Source of the DNA: a virus
IMG/VR virus record: IMGVR_UViG_3300022839_000011
Span: 24,701-88,700 of that record
Reading direction: 5' to 3' (one strand)
Length of the DNA: 64,000 bases
This document shows, piece by piece, positions 1 to 8,456 of the stretch. A program made the position numbers and the translations under genes. Every line of letters starts with the position of its first letter. Position 1 is the stretch's first letter. The notes under the pieces are model-generated. The model saw only the letters and a list, made by a program, of their open reading frames with translations, was not told where the DNA came from and searched no databases.

Positions 1-977
1 TACACGTTTTTCTTGATCATGTCCACAATATAAGATGATGATAATCCACTTGATACAAAATCATTTATGTCTTTTCCATACTTTGTCATCCCTTTAGGGA
101 ACAAGCATACTTTCATGCCTTTGTCAATTATTTTTTCAACACGTTTCATAATTTCTTTGTTTCTGTATTCCAAATCAAAAACGAAAACCGCATTTTCAAC
201 ATTATCTAGCCCTGAAAGATTTCCATCAGCACCCGCCATTGCAATAGAATTTGGAACAAACAAACTATCTATCGCACCTTCGAGTACATAATATTGTTTT
301 TTCGAATCGACTTTATCCAGACCAAATATTTTTGGCTTTTCATCCATCATGATAGTGAGGTATCGTAATCCATTAGGGTCAAATCCCCTACCCGTAAAGC
401 CAAACATTTTTCCTTTACTATCTAGAAAGGGGATGACAATTCTAGGCTCATCTCTTGTAAATATTAATTTTTCTGGTATAATAGAATTTACCCAAGTCTT
501 AAACTTGGGCGCATAAAATATCCTGTAATGCTGGTCGGTTGGAATTTTTCTTGATTCGATATACAGTTTTGCTGGGTGATCAAATTTCAACTGACTGACT
601 TTTTTGATCTTAGATAGATGGTTAATACTTAATTTTGGCGGTTCTTTGGTTGGTTCTATTTTTGCTGTTGGGGGTACATCTACCCTTGATACATTATTGA
701 CATATTTATCTGTAATGTATGAATTATATGCCATAGGGTCAAACCCGCGCAAGAATGAAACGAAAGAATGACTCTCGCCGCAGTTATGACAAAAATACCT
801 AAACGACTGATATTTGTCTTCAAGAAACCAAGCTCTTGCTTTTGATTTGGAGGTTTGTGAATCACCACAATATATGCATCTAAAGTTAATACGATAAGGG
901 GATTTATTTTTGATAGAAAAACGCTCAAGTTTATTAGACAGCATCATAACGTGCTGTAGATCAATATAGTCAACCAT
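1..977 (-). CDS. 61: T4 gp61-like DNA primase (3' end runs off the window)
   Basis: Manual translation from ATG 977: MVDYIDLQHVMMLSNKLERF..NFRCIYCGDSQTSKSKARAW..YFCHNCG (Zn ribbon), EPRIVIPF, VLEGAIDSLF, FVFD, KDINDF (TOPRIM). Absent from the ORF track because it is open at the edge. Confidence 0.95.
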   Translation of the reverse strand, partial: MVDYIDLQHVMMLSNKLERFSIKNKSPYRINFRCIYCGDSQTSKSKARAWFLEDKYQSFRYFCHNCGESHSFVSFLRGFDPMAYNSYITDKYVNNVSRVDVPPTAKIEPTKEPPKLSINHLSKIKKVSQLKFDHPAKLYIESRKIPTDQHYRIFYAPKFKTWVNSIIPEKLIFTRDEPRIVIPFLDSKGKMFGFTGRGFDPNGLRYLTIMMDEKPKIFGLDKVDSKKQYYVLEGAIDSLFVPNSIAMAGADGNLSGLDNVENAVFVFDLEYRNKEIMKRVEKIIDKGMKVCLFPKGMTKYGKDINDFVSSGLSSSYIVDMIKKNV

Positions 978-1054
978 GTTTATTTTATCTCTTACTTACT
1001 TACTATCTCATTCAATATAACATTGATTATATACATAGTGCAAGTACTTGTCAA

Positions 1055-1531
1055 CTAGAAAAATGATGAAAAAGGAAATTTTGACAAGATAAAAATTATG
1101 ACTGCACCTATACCAAGTATGTACCATCTCCAGTTTTCCAGAGAATTTATACGTTTATCTTGATGGTCTAGCTTGTCACTTAGTTTTTGGTTTGACTTAT
1201 TGATGGCATCAAGAACCTCTTTATGCCTTCTATCTCTTTCATGGTCAGATACATTTTTCATATCTTCCAACTTTTGATTTAATTCTTTACGAAAATCTAA
1301 TTCGTCTTGGGTATTCTTCATAGACTTTTCTTCGAGACTCGCAATTCTTTTTTCGTTATTTTGCAGAATGTTTTCCTGAACAGCTATATTTTTTATTACG
1401 TTAGTCATTTGTATGACAGCATCATCAATTTTTTGGAACACCCGTTCAATCTGCTTAACATCTTTTTTTATTAGGGCTATGTCTGTTTTGATAGAATTTG
1501 TTTCATTATCATTCATCTGATTGCCCGTCAT
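1055..1531 (-). CDS. coiled-coil protein with C-terminal TM helix, probably a lysis accessory
   Basis: Heptad-rich body, ends WRWYILGIGAVIIFILSKF; overlaps the holin gene. Confidence 0.55.
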   Translation of the reverse strand: MTGNQMNDNETNSIKTDIALIKKDVKQIERVFQKIDDAVIQMTNVIKNIAVQENILQNNEKRIASLEEKSMKNTQDELDFRKELNQKLEDMKNVSDHERDRRHKEVLDAINKSNQKLSDKLDHQDKRINSLENWRWYILGIGAVIIFILSKFPFSSFF

Positions 1532-1796
1532 AATCTGCCTTTATCCTTTGTATCTTTTCTTGGCCTCTTGTGAAAGCACTAATTCCCAAAACCGCGCCCA
1601 TAGCAGCATGAAAGACACCACCAGCTATTAATGTTAGAGGAGTCCATTGTAATGCAACACTACCAGAACCCCAAACTTGAATTAAACTCCAAAGTATAGG
1701 AGCTACGACAAAATCAAATAGAATAATAATCATATATACAACTGCCATCATTGGCCTCCAATGCGTCCGCAGCCAATTTTTTTTACCATCTTCCAT
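1509..1796 (-). CDS. holin (GTA 3TM-holin-like)
   Basis: WRPMMAVVY..FDF..LG..FTRGQEK pattern with hydrophobic segments; lysis context; late promoter upstream. Confidence 0.75.
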   Translation of the reverse strand: MEDGKKNWLRTHWRPMMAVVYMIIILFDFVVAPILWSLIQVWGSGSVALQWTPLTLIAGGVFHAAMGAVLGISAFTRGQEKIQRIKADYDGQSDE

Positions 1797-1801
1797 AAGA
1801 T

Positions 1802-1809
1802 TATTTATA
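1802..1809 (-). promoter_or_regulatory. T4-type late promoter TATAAATA
   Basis: Exact TATAAATA just upstream of the holin ATG. Confidence 0.7.
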
Positions 1810-1820
1810 CCTTTTGTAAT

Positions 1821-2195
1821 CTACTTTTTGTAAATTGCTATTACTTTTTGCTGTTGCCTAATCATAGCCATAATATCAGATAAATTGAATGCAATATTTT
1901 CGTACCCTTCAGATGTCAATGCAAAAAGAACTTTTTCGCCATTCATATCATCAAACAAATGATTTATGTTTTCAGGCGTGACGATAATCCATTTGACACT
2001 TTTAAGGCCAAGCTGGTCTACTTTAGGAACAATAGGTTTAGGTTTACTGACTTCAACTGTTCGTATCTCAATTGGTGTTACTGCAATATCTTTCGGGCCA
2101 ACTGAACAAGCACTAAGGAGTATTATTACCAGACCAAAACCAAGGACATTCGACATTAAATTCTTTCTCGTTTTTAGCATTTTTTTCCTTATCAT
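1821..2195 (-). CDS. o-spanin (Rz1-like lipoprotein); true start probably at MSNVLG
   Basis: Lipobox LLSAC after a hydrophobic stretch; overlaps the 3' end of the i-spanin. Confidence 0.75.
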   Translation of the reverse strand: MIRKKMLKTRKNLMSNVLGFGLVIILLSACSVGPKDIAVTPIEIRTVEVSKPKPIVPKVDQLGLKSVKWIIVTPENINHLFDDMNGEKVLFALTSEGYENIAFNLSDIMAMIRQQQKVIAIYKK

Positions 2196-2592
2196 TTAAT
2201 GGCACACCGGATAATAATTCGAAACACCTAAGCACATTTGCCGAAGCATTATTGACTGTTCTTTGGACTAATACTGGTTTTGCCGCAGCTAATGCATCTA
2301 ATTCATGGCGACCAAGACGTTCACGCAACTCATTATTTTCAATTCGTATAACTTGAAAATCGTTCTGGACAGCATAAAAATTACTAGTAACTTCTTCAAA
2401 ATTTTGTTCCATTTTATCAATTGTATTGATATTTTCAGTATTGGCCCTTAATAATTGGCCATTGTTCACAACCAACGTGGCATTGGCTTGTGTTAACGCT
2501 TCAATGCGCGTTTGAGTGGTGTTGTAATAATAGTATACAGCTCCACTCAATAACGCTATCAATATACCTATGAAAATCCAAGATTTCATCAA
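2113..2592 (-). CDS. i-spanin (Rz-like)
   Basis: N-terminal TM anchor, coiled coil, C-terminal Cys residues, overlap with the lipoprotein gene. Confidence 0.75.
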   Translation of the reverse strand: MMKSWIFIGILIALLSGAVYYYYNTTQTRIEALTQANATLVVNNGQLLRANTENINTIDKMEQNFEEVTSNFYAVQNDFQVIRIENNELRERLGRHELDALAAAKPVLVQRTVNNASANVLRCFELLSGVPLNDKEKNAKNEKEFNVECPWFWSGNNTP

Positions 2593-2599
2593 TTAGCCT

Positions 2600-2941
2600 T
2601 CAAGACACTATTCTTATATTTTTCTTACCAGCCGCTTGTAGTTTTTTTGCTGCAGCAGTAGCATCGGAGTAATCATTTCCATGACTTGAAACTACTTTAC
2701 CATTAACAGTAACCTTATGATTTACCGATTGGCTATCACGTCTATCTTGAACAGATCTAGCTTGGCCCATGTCAACTTCATCTAGTTCATCATCTCCATC
2801 TAATGAATCCTCATCTTCCATGTCACACATTTTTGCTTCAAGCGCAACAGCAATACGGCCACGAAGTTCGTTTTCAAGTGCTTCTTTAAGACCGATAGGA
2901 TTTTTATCTACTGACTCTTTGATTATTCTCTGTAGTGACAT
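2600..2941 (-). CDS. putative internal head protein
   Basis: N-terminus (NPIGLKEA..RI..ALE) shared with 4511..5491; acidic linker with LDE sites. Confidence 0.5.
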   Translation of the reverse strand: MSLQRIIKESVDKNPIGLKEALENELRGRIAVALEAKMCDMEDEDSLDGDDELDEVDMGQARSVQDRRDSQSVNHKVTVNGKVVSSHGNDYSDATAAAKKLQAAGKKNIRIVS

Positions 2942-2942
2942 A

Positions 2943-3806
2943 TTAGTTTCTCCTTAAAAGTTTATTTATCTGCTTTTGGTCTATAACACCATTAGCTATG
3001 AATCTATTTATTCTTTGCCAAGATTTGACTGCTGATTCTGTTAATGGCCCAAAAGAACCATCGGCATTGAGCTTCAATGCAGTTTGCACTTCTTTTACCA
3101 AGTTACTATTTGATCCTATTTTTAAGGTAATATCACTCGATGTGGAAGTCGCAGCCCCTATTGCAGATTTGGTATCAACGTTGCCTATGATGGATTTTGC
3201 AGAAATATATCTTCTACGTCTGTCATCAATGCCTATGTCACCGCCATTAATTCTTCTTGACATTCCATTAATGTCGTCTCTATCAGCGAAGCCTGAAATA
3301 TTGTTAGTTTCCCAAAACCAACAAGCAGACTCGAACGCACCTTCTTTAGTTCTGACATAATCAGCCGCTTGCTCAGGACTCATTTTCATAAAATTTGCAA
3401 ATACCGTGAAGTTGCTTCTTCCAGTAAGTTGTTTGATTCCGCCGCCTCTAAATCGCCAGCCATCACCAGCTACAGTATTACCTAGCGCACCTTTTTTAGA
3501 TCTAAATTCATCCATGTACACATAGTTAGCAATTTTTTGTGGGTTTCTGGCATATTCAGCGGCATTTCTTTTTCCTGCACCAAAATACCTACCAAACACA
3601 CGATTAAGAGCATCCTCGCTATAATTCAAGTTTTCTTCAAGTGCACGAAAATCATTAGATTCGTGTGCGCACTGTGCCATAAACCCAGCTATTCTATTTT
3701 GTGTATTAATTTGGTACTTCTCAAAGAATCTCATCGCTATCGCATACCAAGCATCTGGTTCTTTGTTACTTGGAATCATCTGTCTAAAATTTTGTAATGT
3801 TATCAT
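2943..3806 (-). CDS. endolysin, GH19 (chitinase-like) plus C-terminal peptidoglycan-binding domain
   Basis: AQCAHES, EENLNYS, DGWRFRGGGIKQLTGRSNF, RRINGG; C-terminal DGSFGPLTESAVKSWQ. Confidence 0.92.
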   Translation of the reverse strand: MITLQNFRQMIPSNKEPDAWYAIAMRFFEKYQINTQNRIAGFMAQCAHESNDFRALEENLNYSEDALNRVFGRYFGAGKRNAAEYARNPQKIANYVYMDEFRSKKGALGNTVAGDGWRFRGGGIKQLTGRSNFTVFANFMKMSPEQAADYVRTKEGAFESACWFWETNNISGFADRDDINGMSRRINGGDIGIDDRRRRYISAKSIIGNVDTKSAIGAATSTSSDITLKIGSNSNLVKEVQTALKLNADGSFGPLTESAVKSWQRINRFIANGVIDQKQINKLLRRN

Positions 3807-3824
3807 GCCTATTTCCTTTAGAAT

Positions 3825-4406
3825 TTATGCATTTCTGATGTCTGTAATCATATCTCTGAATTTTTTGGTCTTTTGATTACTTTTTTTGTATTTTCTCACT
3901 TGCGATGGTGTGAAACCAACTTCACCTTGCGGCCCAACACCCATCCCAGCAATATTACCAGAGCCGACATTCATAGTTGGCGCATCTTCATCAAATGCTT
4001 TTTCAAAAAGAGAATTGATATCATCTTTGATATTGACATTATTTTCTTTTATGATATTATTGACGTACATAGATAAATCTTCGAAGTTTAATTCGTTATC
4101 TGTAACATCTTCGGTCAGCATTGTGTTGTCTGAAAAATGATTCCACTCACGAATTAAATATAGTGCAGCTGCATAAGAACCAAGCCTTGTGCTTCCACCT
4201 GGGATTTTTTCTAATAGCTTTTTTATGTTAAGAAGCATAACATCATATATACCAAAAGCATTTTTTTCTTCACGTCTTGCAAGGGTTTTGCGCTTTCTAA
4301 GCACTTCCCCTTTTTCATCAATTATGCCAAGTTTATAGGCATCCCATTCCACAAATGGCGTGGCAAGCCTCCGAATGAACTGATATACGAGGAATAAGTC
4401 TAGCAT
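3825..4406 (-). CDS. conserved T4-like phage hypothetical protein
   Basis: DLFLVYQFIRRLATPF..WDAYKLGIID pattern recalled from T4-like phages. Confidence 0.6.
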   Translation of the reverse strand: MLDLFLVYQFIRRLATPFVEWDAYKLGIIDEKGEVLRKRKTLARREEKNAFGIYDVMLLNIKKLLEKIPGGSTRLGSYAAALYLIREWNHFSDNTMLTEDVTDNELNFEDLSMYVNNIIKENNVNIKDDINSLFEKAFDEDAPTMNVGSGNIAGMGVGPQGEVGFTPSQVRKYKKSNQKTKKFRDMITDIRNA

Positions 4407-4467
4407 ACAAAAATCTTTCTACTTATTTTTAGTTTCTTTGCCCTGATATACAATACACAAGGATATG

Positions 4468-4506
4468 AATCCCGAGTTAGATGAAACGGATATCTAACTC
4501 GGGATT
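4468..4506 (-). terminator. intergenic hairpin, probable terminator
   Basis: aatcccgagttagat/atctaactcgggatt inverted repeat. Confidence 0.55.
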
Positions 4507-4510
4507 ATAA

Positions 4511-5491
4511 TTAATCAGCGTAGTATATTTCCACACTGTCATCTTTGTATGATGTGCTGTCCATTTTCCACTTTGCATAAAACTGTGTTGGTTGATTCAT
4601 TTTCACCCAATCTTTAACAGCAGCAAGTGTTGGTTTTCCTTTTGCTCCTACAGAGCCTTTTTTAGCTTTAGCAGTGAATTCTTTTATTTTCTTTAGCGTA
4701 TCAAGTTGCCGACCAAAAGGTTGTTTGAAAAATTCGTTATCTGCGCCATTCAAATTTACCGCATAGCTGAATCCATCGTTGCTACCGAACACGGTTTTAG
4801 GCATCTTGGCTTCAAACATGTAGTCTTCTTTGGCAAATTGGAAGCTTGCATTTTTCATAATATTTTGCAGACCACCTACTTGTGCTGGTGTGAATGAATC
4901 ATTTTTTGCATAAAAATCTACAAGACCTTTTCCAAATGCTTTCGACTTTGCATCTTTGCCATTCGCAGCAAGTGACTTGGCGGCTTTTAGGACTTCTGAA
5001 TCATCCATCTTGGCTTCATCAAGACTTTCTTTTAGATTTTCGATGTTCCAACCACGAAGCCATGCTTTCATGAACTCTATCTTAGATTCATGTGATGCCG
5101 TACGCAAAATATCCGACAATGCAGGGTCGAGAACAGGAGCGTTGATCCCAGATTTGAATGCGTTGGCACCCATCTGTTGATACTTTTTAGTTTCATCCGT
5201 TGTAATTTTATACTTTTTGGCTTCATCAAGACTTTCTTTTTTGATTGCTTTAGCAATTGTTTTTCTGCGATTATGTAGATACTCATCTGAATCATCTTCA
5301 TCACCGTCATTGTCAATGTCTTTGTCGTCGCGGTCTTTAAAGTCTTTGCTAAGTTCTTTGGCGTCTACAGCATCGAGTTTCTTTTCTTCTAATGCAGTTT
5401 TAATTCTTTCATTAATAGCTAATGAGAATGCTTCTTTTAAGCCAATTGGATTAGATGCTATACTTGCGATTATTATATCTTTAAGTGACAT
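4511..5491 (-). CDS. modular internal head protein
   Basis: Repeated ESLDEAK and MFEAK putative prohead-protease sites; DKDIDNDGDEDDSDEYLHNRRK motif. Confidence 0.6.
   Translation of the reverse strand: MSLKDIIIASIASNPIGLKEAFSLAINERIKTALEEKKLDAVDAKELSKDFKDRDDKDIDNDGDEDDSDEYLHNRRKTIAKAIKKESLDEAKKYKITTDETKKYQQMGANAFKSGINAPVLDPALSDILRTASHESKIEFMKAWLRGWNIENLKESLDEAKMDDSEVLKAAKSLAANGKDAKSKAFGKGLVDFYAKNDSFTPAQVGGLQNIMKNASFQFAKEDYMFEAKMPKTVFGSNDGFSYAVNLNGADNEFFKQPFGRQLDTLKKIKEFTAKAKKGSVGAKGKPTLAAVKDWVKMNQPTQFYAKWKMDSTSYKDDSVEIYYAD
5010..5240. repeat. 24-bp direct repeat (5010-5033 and 5217-5240) encoding KESLDEAK
   Basis: ttggcttcatcaagactttctttt occurs twice. Confidence 0.85.
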
Positions 5492-5866
5492 TTATATCTC
5501 CTTTAATTTTTTTTCTATTGTGATGTCTGTTTCTATTGTATTAGTATATATAACATTTCCATTATACTCTATTTTTTCGGGTAGCATATTTAAAAAATTA
5601 ATAAACGGTTTTAATTTTGTGGCATACTCATCAAGTTTAAAAAATAGCATATTAGTAGCACCTGTTCCGAAAGTGTTATATATAATAATAATATGATTTA
5701 GAATCAACCTTTCTCTCAAATCACCATCAATATTATATCTATTAAAAAGTTTTCGAATATACTGAAATCTTTTAAGATCTTCTTCAAATTCCGCAATGTC
5801 GTGACAATGTGGGTTATCATAATGTTTCATTGCAAATTGGAGAAAGGTCGATTCATCTAATCTCAT
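5492..5866 (-). CDS. conserved T4-like hypothetical protein
   Basis: YDNPHC..EFEEDLKRFQYIRKLF..LRERLILNHII pattern recalled from T4-like phages. Confidence 0.7.
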   Translation of the reverse strand: MRLDESTFLQFAMKHYDNPHCHDIAEFEEDLKRFQYIRKLFNRYNIDGDLRERLILNHIIIIYNTFGTGATNMLFFKLDEYATKLKPFINFLNMLPEKIEYNGNVIYTNTIETDITIEKKLKEI

Positions 5867-5867
5867 A

Positions 5868-6296
5868 TTAGGACTTCAAAGCAACTAAAGTTTCAACTCT
5901 ACGTCTTGTATTACCATTTTGGTCTGTGTAGGTTTGTGTAGTGGTCCAACCGGGTGTTTTGACGCCTATCAAGCGAGATTCTAAGGTCTGTGCTGTTGCT
6001 ACAGATATTAGGTCGGCAGTGATAGCTTTGTCTAGTGGCAGATATTTTGGTACTTGATTGAAAGATCCCGCAACATCTACATACTCTGCGGTAGCGACAG
6101 GTTCTACTGTCATTTCTGTATCTGATACAATAGATAATACTCTATACATATCTTCTGTTGTGTCTAAAGCAACTACATTACGGACAGAAAGTTCTGACGT
6201 AAAAAGCGTTAAGGTGCCAGTTACCGTTGTGGTATCATCTGCTAACGATACTGTTCCAGTTAGTGGTGCACCGTTTAATTTTCCCCATAGTGACAT
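5868..6296 (-). CDS. putative virion structural protein
   Basis: MSLWG start, Thr-rich beta strands, PGW..Y..G..R..ETLVA end. Confidence 0.55.
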   Translation of the reverse strand: MSLWGKLNGAPLTGTVSLADDTTTVTGTLTLFTSELSVRNVVALDTTEDMYRVLSIVSDTEMTVEPVATAEYVDVAGSFNQVPKYLPLDKAITADLISVATAQTLESRLIGVKTPGWTTTQTYTDQNGNTRRRVETLVALKS

Positions 6297-6324
6297 TGAA
6301 ATCTCCTTTATATGTTATTGTTAT

Positions 6325-6906
6325 TTATTGGATATACATGTTCAATTCAAATCTGCCTTCATCATAATAAACTTGCATATGAAGTCTGCGATTTACTTCT
6401 TTACCATTTTTCATCAAATCAATTATATATCGGTTAGTCTTGCCACTACTTGGCTTTTTTGGCCCCATTGCAACTTTTCTATCCCATTCATCACCATCTA
6501 TCTCAAATCCCTGTTTTTCGGCTTGTGCTTGTGCATGTTGAACAGCAGAAGAAAATGTTTTGTGGTTTACGGTATATTTAGAATCTTCCGATAAGCTTTC
6601 TTTTTTCAATCCCCGACGGATCACCCTATTTTTTGCTAATAGACTAAGAAAATTTATATCTGATTTTGCTACAGTAGCAATTTGCTTATCTGACATGGCA
6701 TCAAGCATTTTTATCATCTTTTTATATGCTTCACTATCAGGGTCAATTTTTTTAATACCAGCATATGCTGTTTTAAGCATCTCCAGATGCGATTTACTAA
6801 AGTCAGCTTCCGCAAGTATTTCCACGGCTTCTTGTAATTCGTTTTTTTCTACAATAGTAGTTGGAGCGAATTCTTTCATAATTTGAATGAGTAATTCTTT
6901 TATCAT
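6325..6906 (-). CDS. putative internal head protein
   Basis: ILAE and KESLSE sites; late promoter at 6961-6968. Confidence 0.5.
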   Translation of the reverse strand: MIKELLIQIMKEFAPTTIVEKNELQEAVEILAEADFSKSHLEMLKTAYAGIKKIDPDSEAYKKMIKMLDAMSDKQIATVAKSDINFLSLLAKNRVIRRGLKKESLSEDSKYTVNHKTFSSAVQHAQAQAEKQGFEIDGDEWDRKVAMGPKKPSSGKTNRYIIDLMKNGKEVNRRLHMQVYYDEGRFELNMYIQ

Positions 6907-6960
6907 TTGAGCCTCTTTTTGTTAACTGGACTATTGCAATTTATTTAATTATGTCACTTG

Positions 6961-6968
6961 TATTTATA
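6961..6968 (-). promoter_or_regulatory. late promoter TATAAATA
   Basis: Exact motif in an intergenic region. Confidence 0.7.
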
Positions 6969-6999
6969 AGAAAAAGCATTTGGTGTTTATCCAAATGCT

Positions 7000-7731
7000 T
7001 TATTTTCTGCTCATATTTTGTTTGAATTTCATCGCAAGATCGCGCAACCCAACAGTTTTAGACAGTCCATATAGTAGTGACAATGAAAACAGTGCCGCTT
7101 GAGGTCCAGGCCAAGGAAAACTAAATAAAGTACCAGTTACAAAAAGTGTAATGAGTTTTATGCCTTCAGGCCCTGAAAATATATCTGATAAAGTAAAATT
7201 CCCCATCAAAGCGGAAATTAGGGTAGATTGATCAAAGTCATAGTCAAAGTCACCTGTAAAGCTCATATTCAGCCATATGTATAATAAGATAGCACCAACC
7301 GCAACGCCTGCTAATCTTTTTGTCTTTGGGTGCTTTGAAAGAAAAGCATCTAAACCACGAAGTTTTTCTTCTGTCCACTTAACAACTTTTGTAGACGAAA
7401 GATATTCAGAAATAGCTGAACGCAATTCTTTATAGTATTTGAACCCAAGTTTAACCTTAGAAAATATATTTACCATTGAAAATTTTATTTTTTGAAAAAA
7501 TTCAAAAATCTTCTTGTTCTTTAACATGGCAGCAATGTCTTTAATTCCGACCTTAACCTGTTGTGCTATATCCTTAATAAAGTCGTAATACTTTTTGAGG
7601 TTCCCAGCGATTCCTGAAATAAACTCGTTTAGTATATTACTTTCGTACAATTCAATAGCTTCAAGATAAAGGATGTATTCAGATTGATTTCTATGTTCTT
7701 GAAAACTTTTCACTTGGGTTCTTCCAATCAA
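7000..7731 (-). CDS. membrane protein with capsid-targeting-like N-terminus
   Basis: (M)KSFQEH start, ILNE site, several C-terminal hydrophobic helices. Confidence 0.5.
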   Translation of the reverse strand: MIGRTQVKSFQEHRNQSEYILYLEAIELYESNILNEFISGIAGNLKKYYDFIKDIAQQVKVGIKDIAAMLKNKKIFEFFQKIKFSMVNIFSKVKLGFKYYKELRSAISEYLSSTKVVKWTEEKLRGLDAFLSKHPKTKRLAGVAVGAILLYIWLNMSFTGDFDYDFDQSTLISALMGNFTLSDIFSGPEGIKLITLFVTGTLFSFPWPGPQAALFSLSLLYGLSKTVGLRDLAMKFKQNMSRK

Positions 7732-7732
7732 T

Positions 7733-8431
7733 TTACAGTTTATTTTCTAAGACATAAACGGAGTCATATCCATTTTCTTTTGCCCATTTTTTTGCAGATT
7801 GTTTTGCACCCGCAAATGTACCGTATGCTTGGTGAACTTCTTTTTTATTATTTATATCTACCTCACCCGTCTTTTTTGCGGTAAACATATAAGTGCCAGA
7901 ACCACCAGAATCTCTTGGGGCTTTGCCATGAGTTTTCATGTATCTACTTGTAGAGACTTCTATTGCCTCGTCAATATCCAAAGTTTCTGGATATCCTTCG
8001 TCGCCTTTTTCTTTGGGTGCAAGACCCTTTTTCTTGCGCTGATTTATATTATACCAAAGACCTTTTTTGGCAGTTTTGCCGTCTTTTGTTTTGTGGGTTT
8101 CTTTATTTTCACCATACATGTTATATCCATATTGACTATACGTTGGTTCGTCTTGGTAATATTCATCTTCATATTCGTAATCCATATCATCATCCATATC
8201 ATCATCCATGTCTGCGCTCATGCTTGAATATACAGATGCCAATTCATCAGATGCTTTCACAATAGCACTTATTTGCCACCTTTGAATCATTTCACCATCT
8301 TGAAGCATTTCAAGTATATTTTTAGCAGAATATATTGCAATTTTTAGTTCTTTTTGTGTCATATCATCGCCCAAATACTCTTCATGGCCTTCAATATAAA
8401 GTTCTTCATTTAGTGCTTTAAACGTCTTCAT
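7733..8431 (-). CDS. putative internal head protein
   Basis: MKTFKALNEE resembles the T4 capsid-targeting sequence; GLWYNINQRKKKG module; IDEA site. Confidence 0.55.
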   Translation of the reverse strand: MKTFKALNEELYIEGHEEYLGDDMTQKELKIAIYSAKNILEMLQDGEMIQRWQISAIVKASDELASVYSSMSADMDDDMDDDMDYEYEDEYYQDEPTYSQYGYNMYGENKETHKTKDGKTAKKGLWYNINQRKKKGLAPKEKGDEGYPETLDIDEAIEVSTSRYMKTHGKAPRDSGGSGTYMFTAKKTGEVDINNKKEVHQAYGTFAGAKQSAKKWAKENGYDSVYVLENKL

Positions 8432-8456
8432 TTTATCGTCCTTTTGTGGGTAAGAA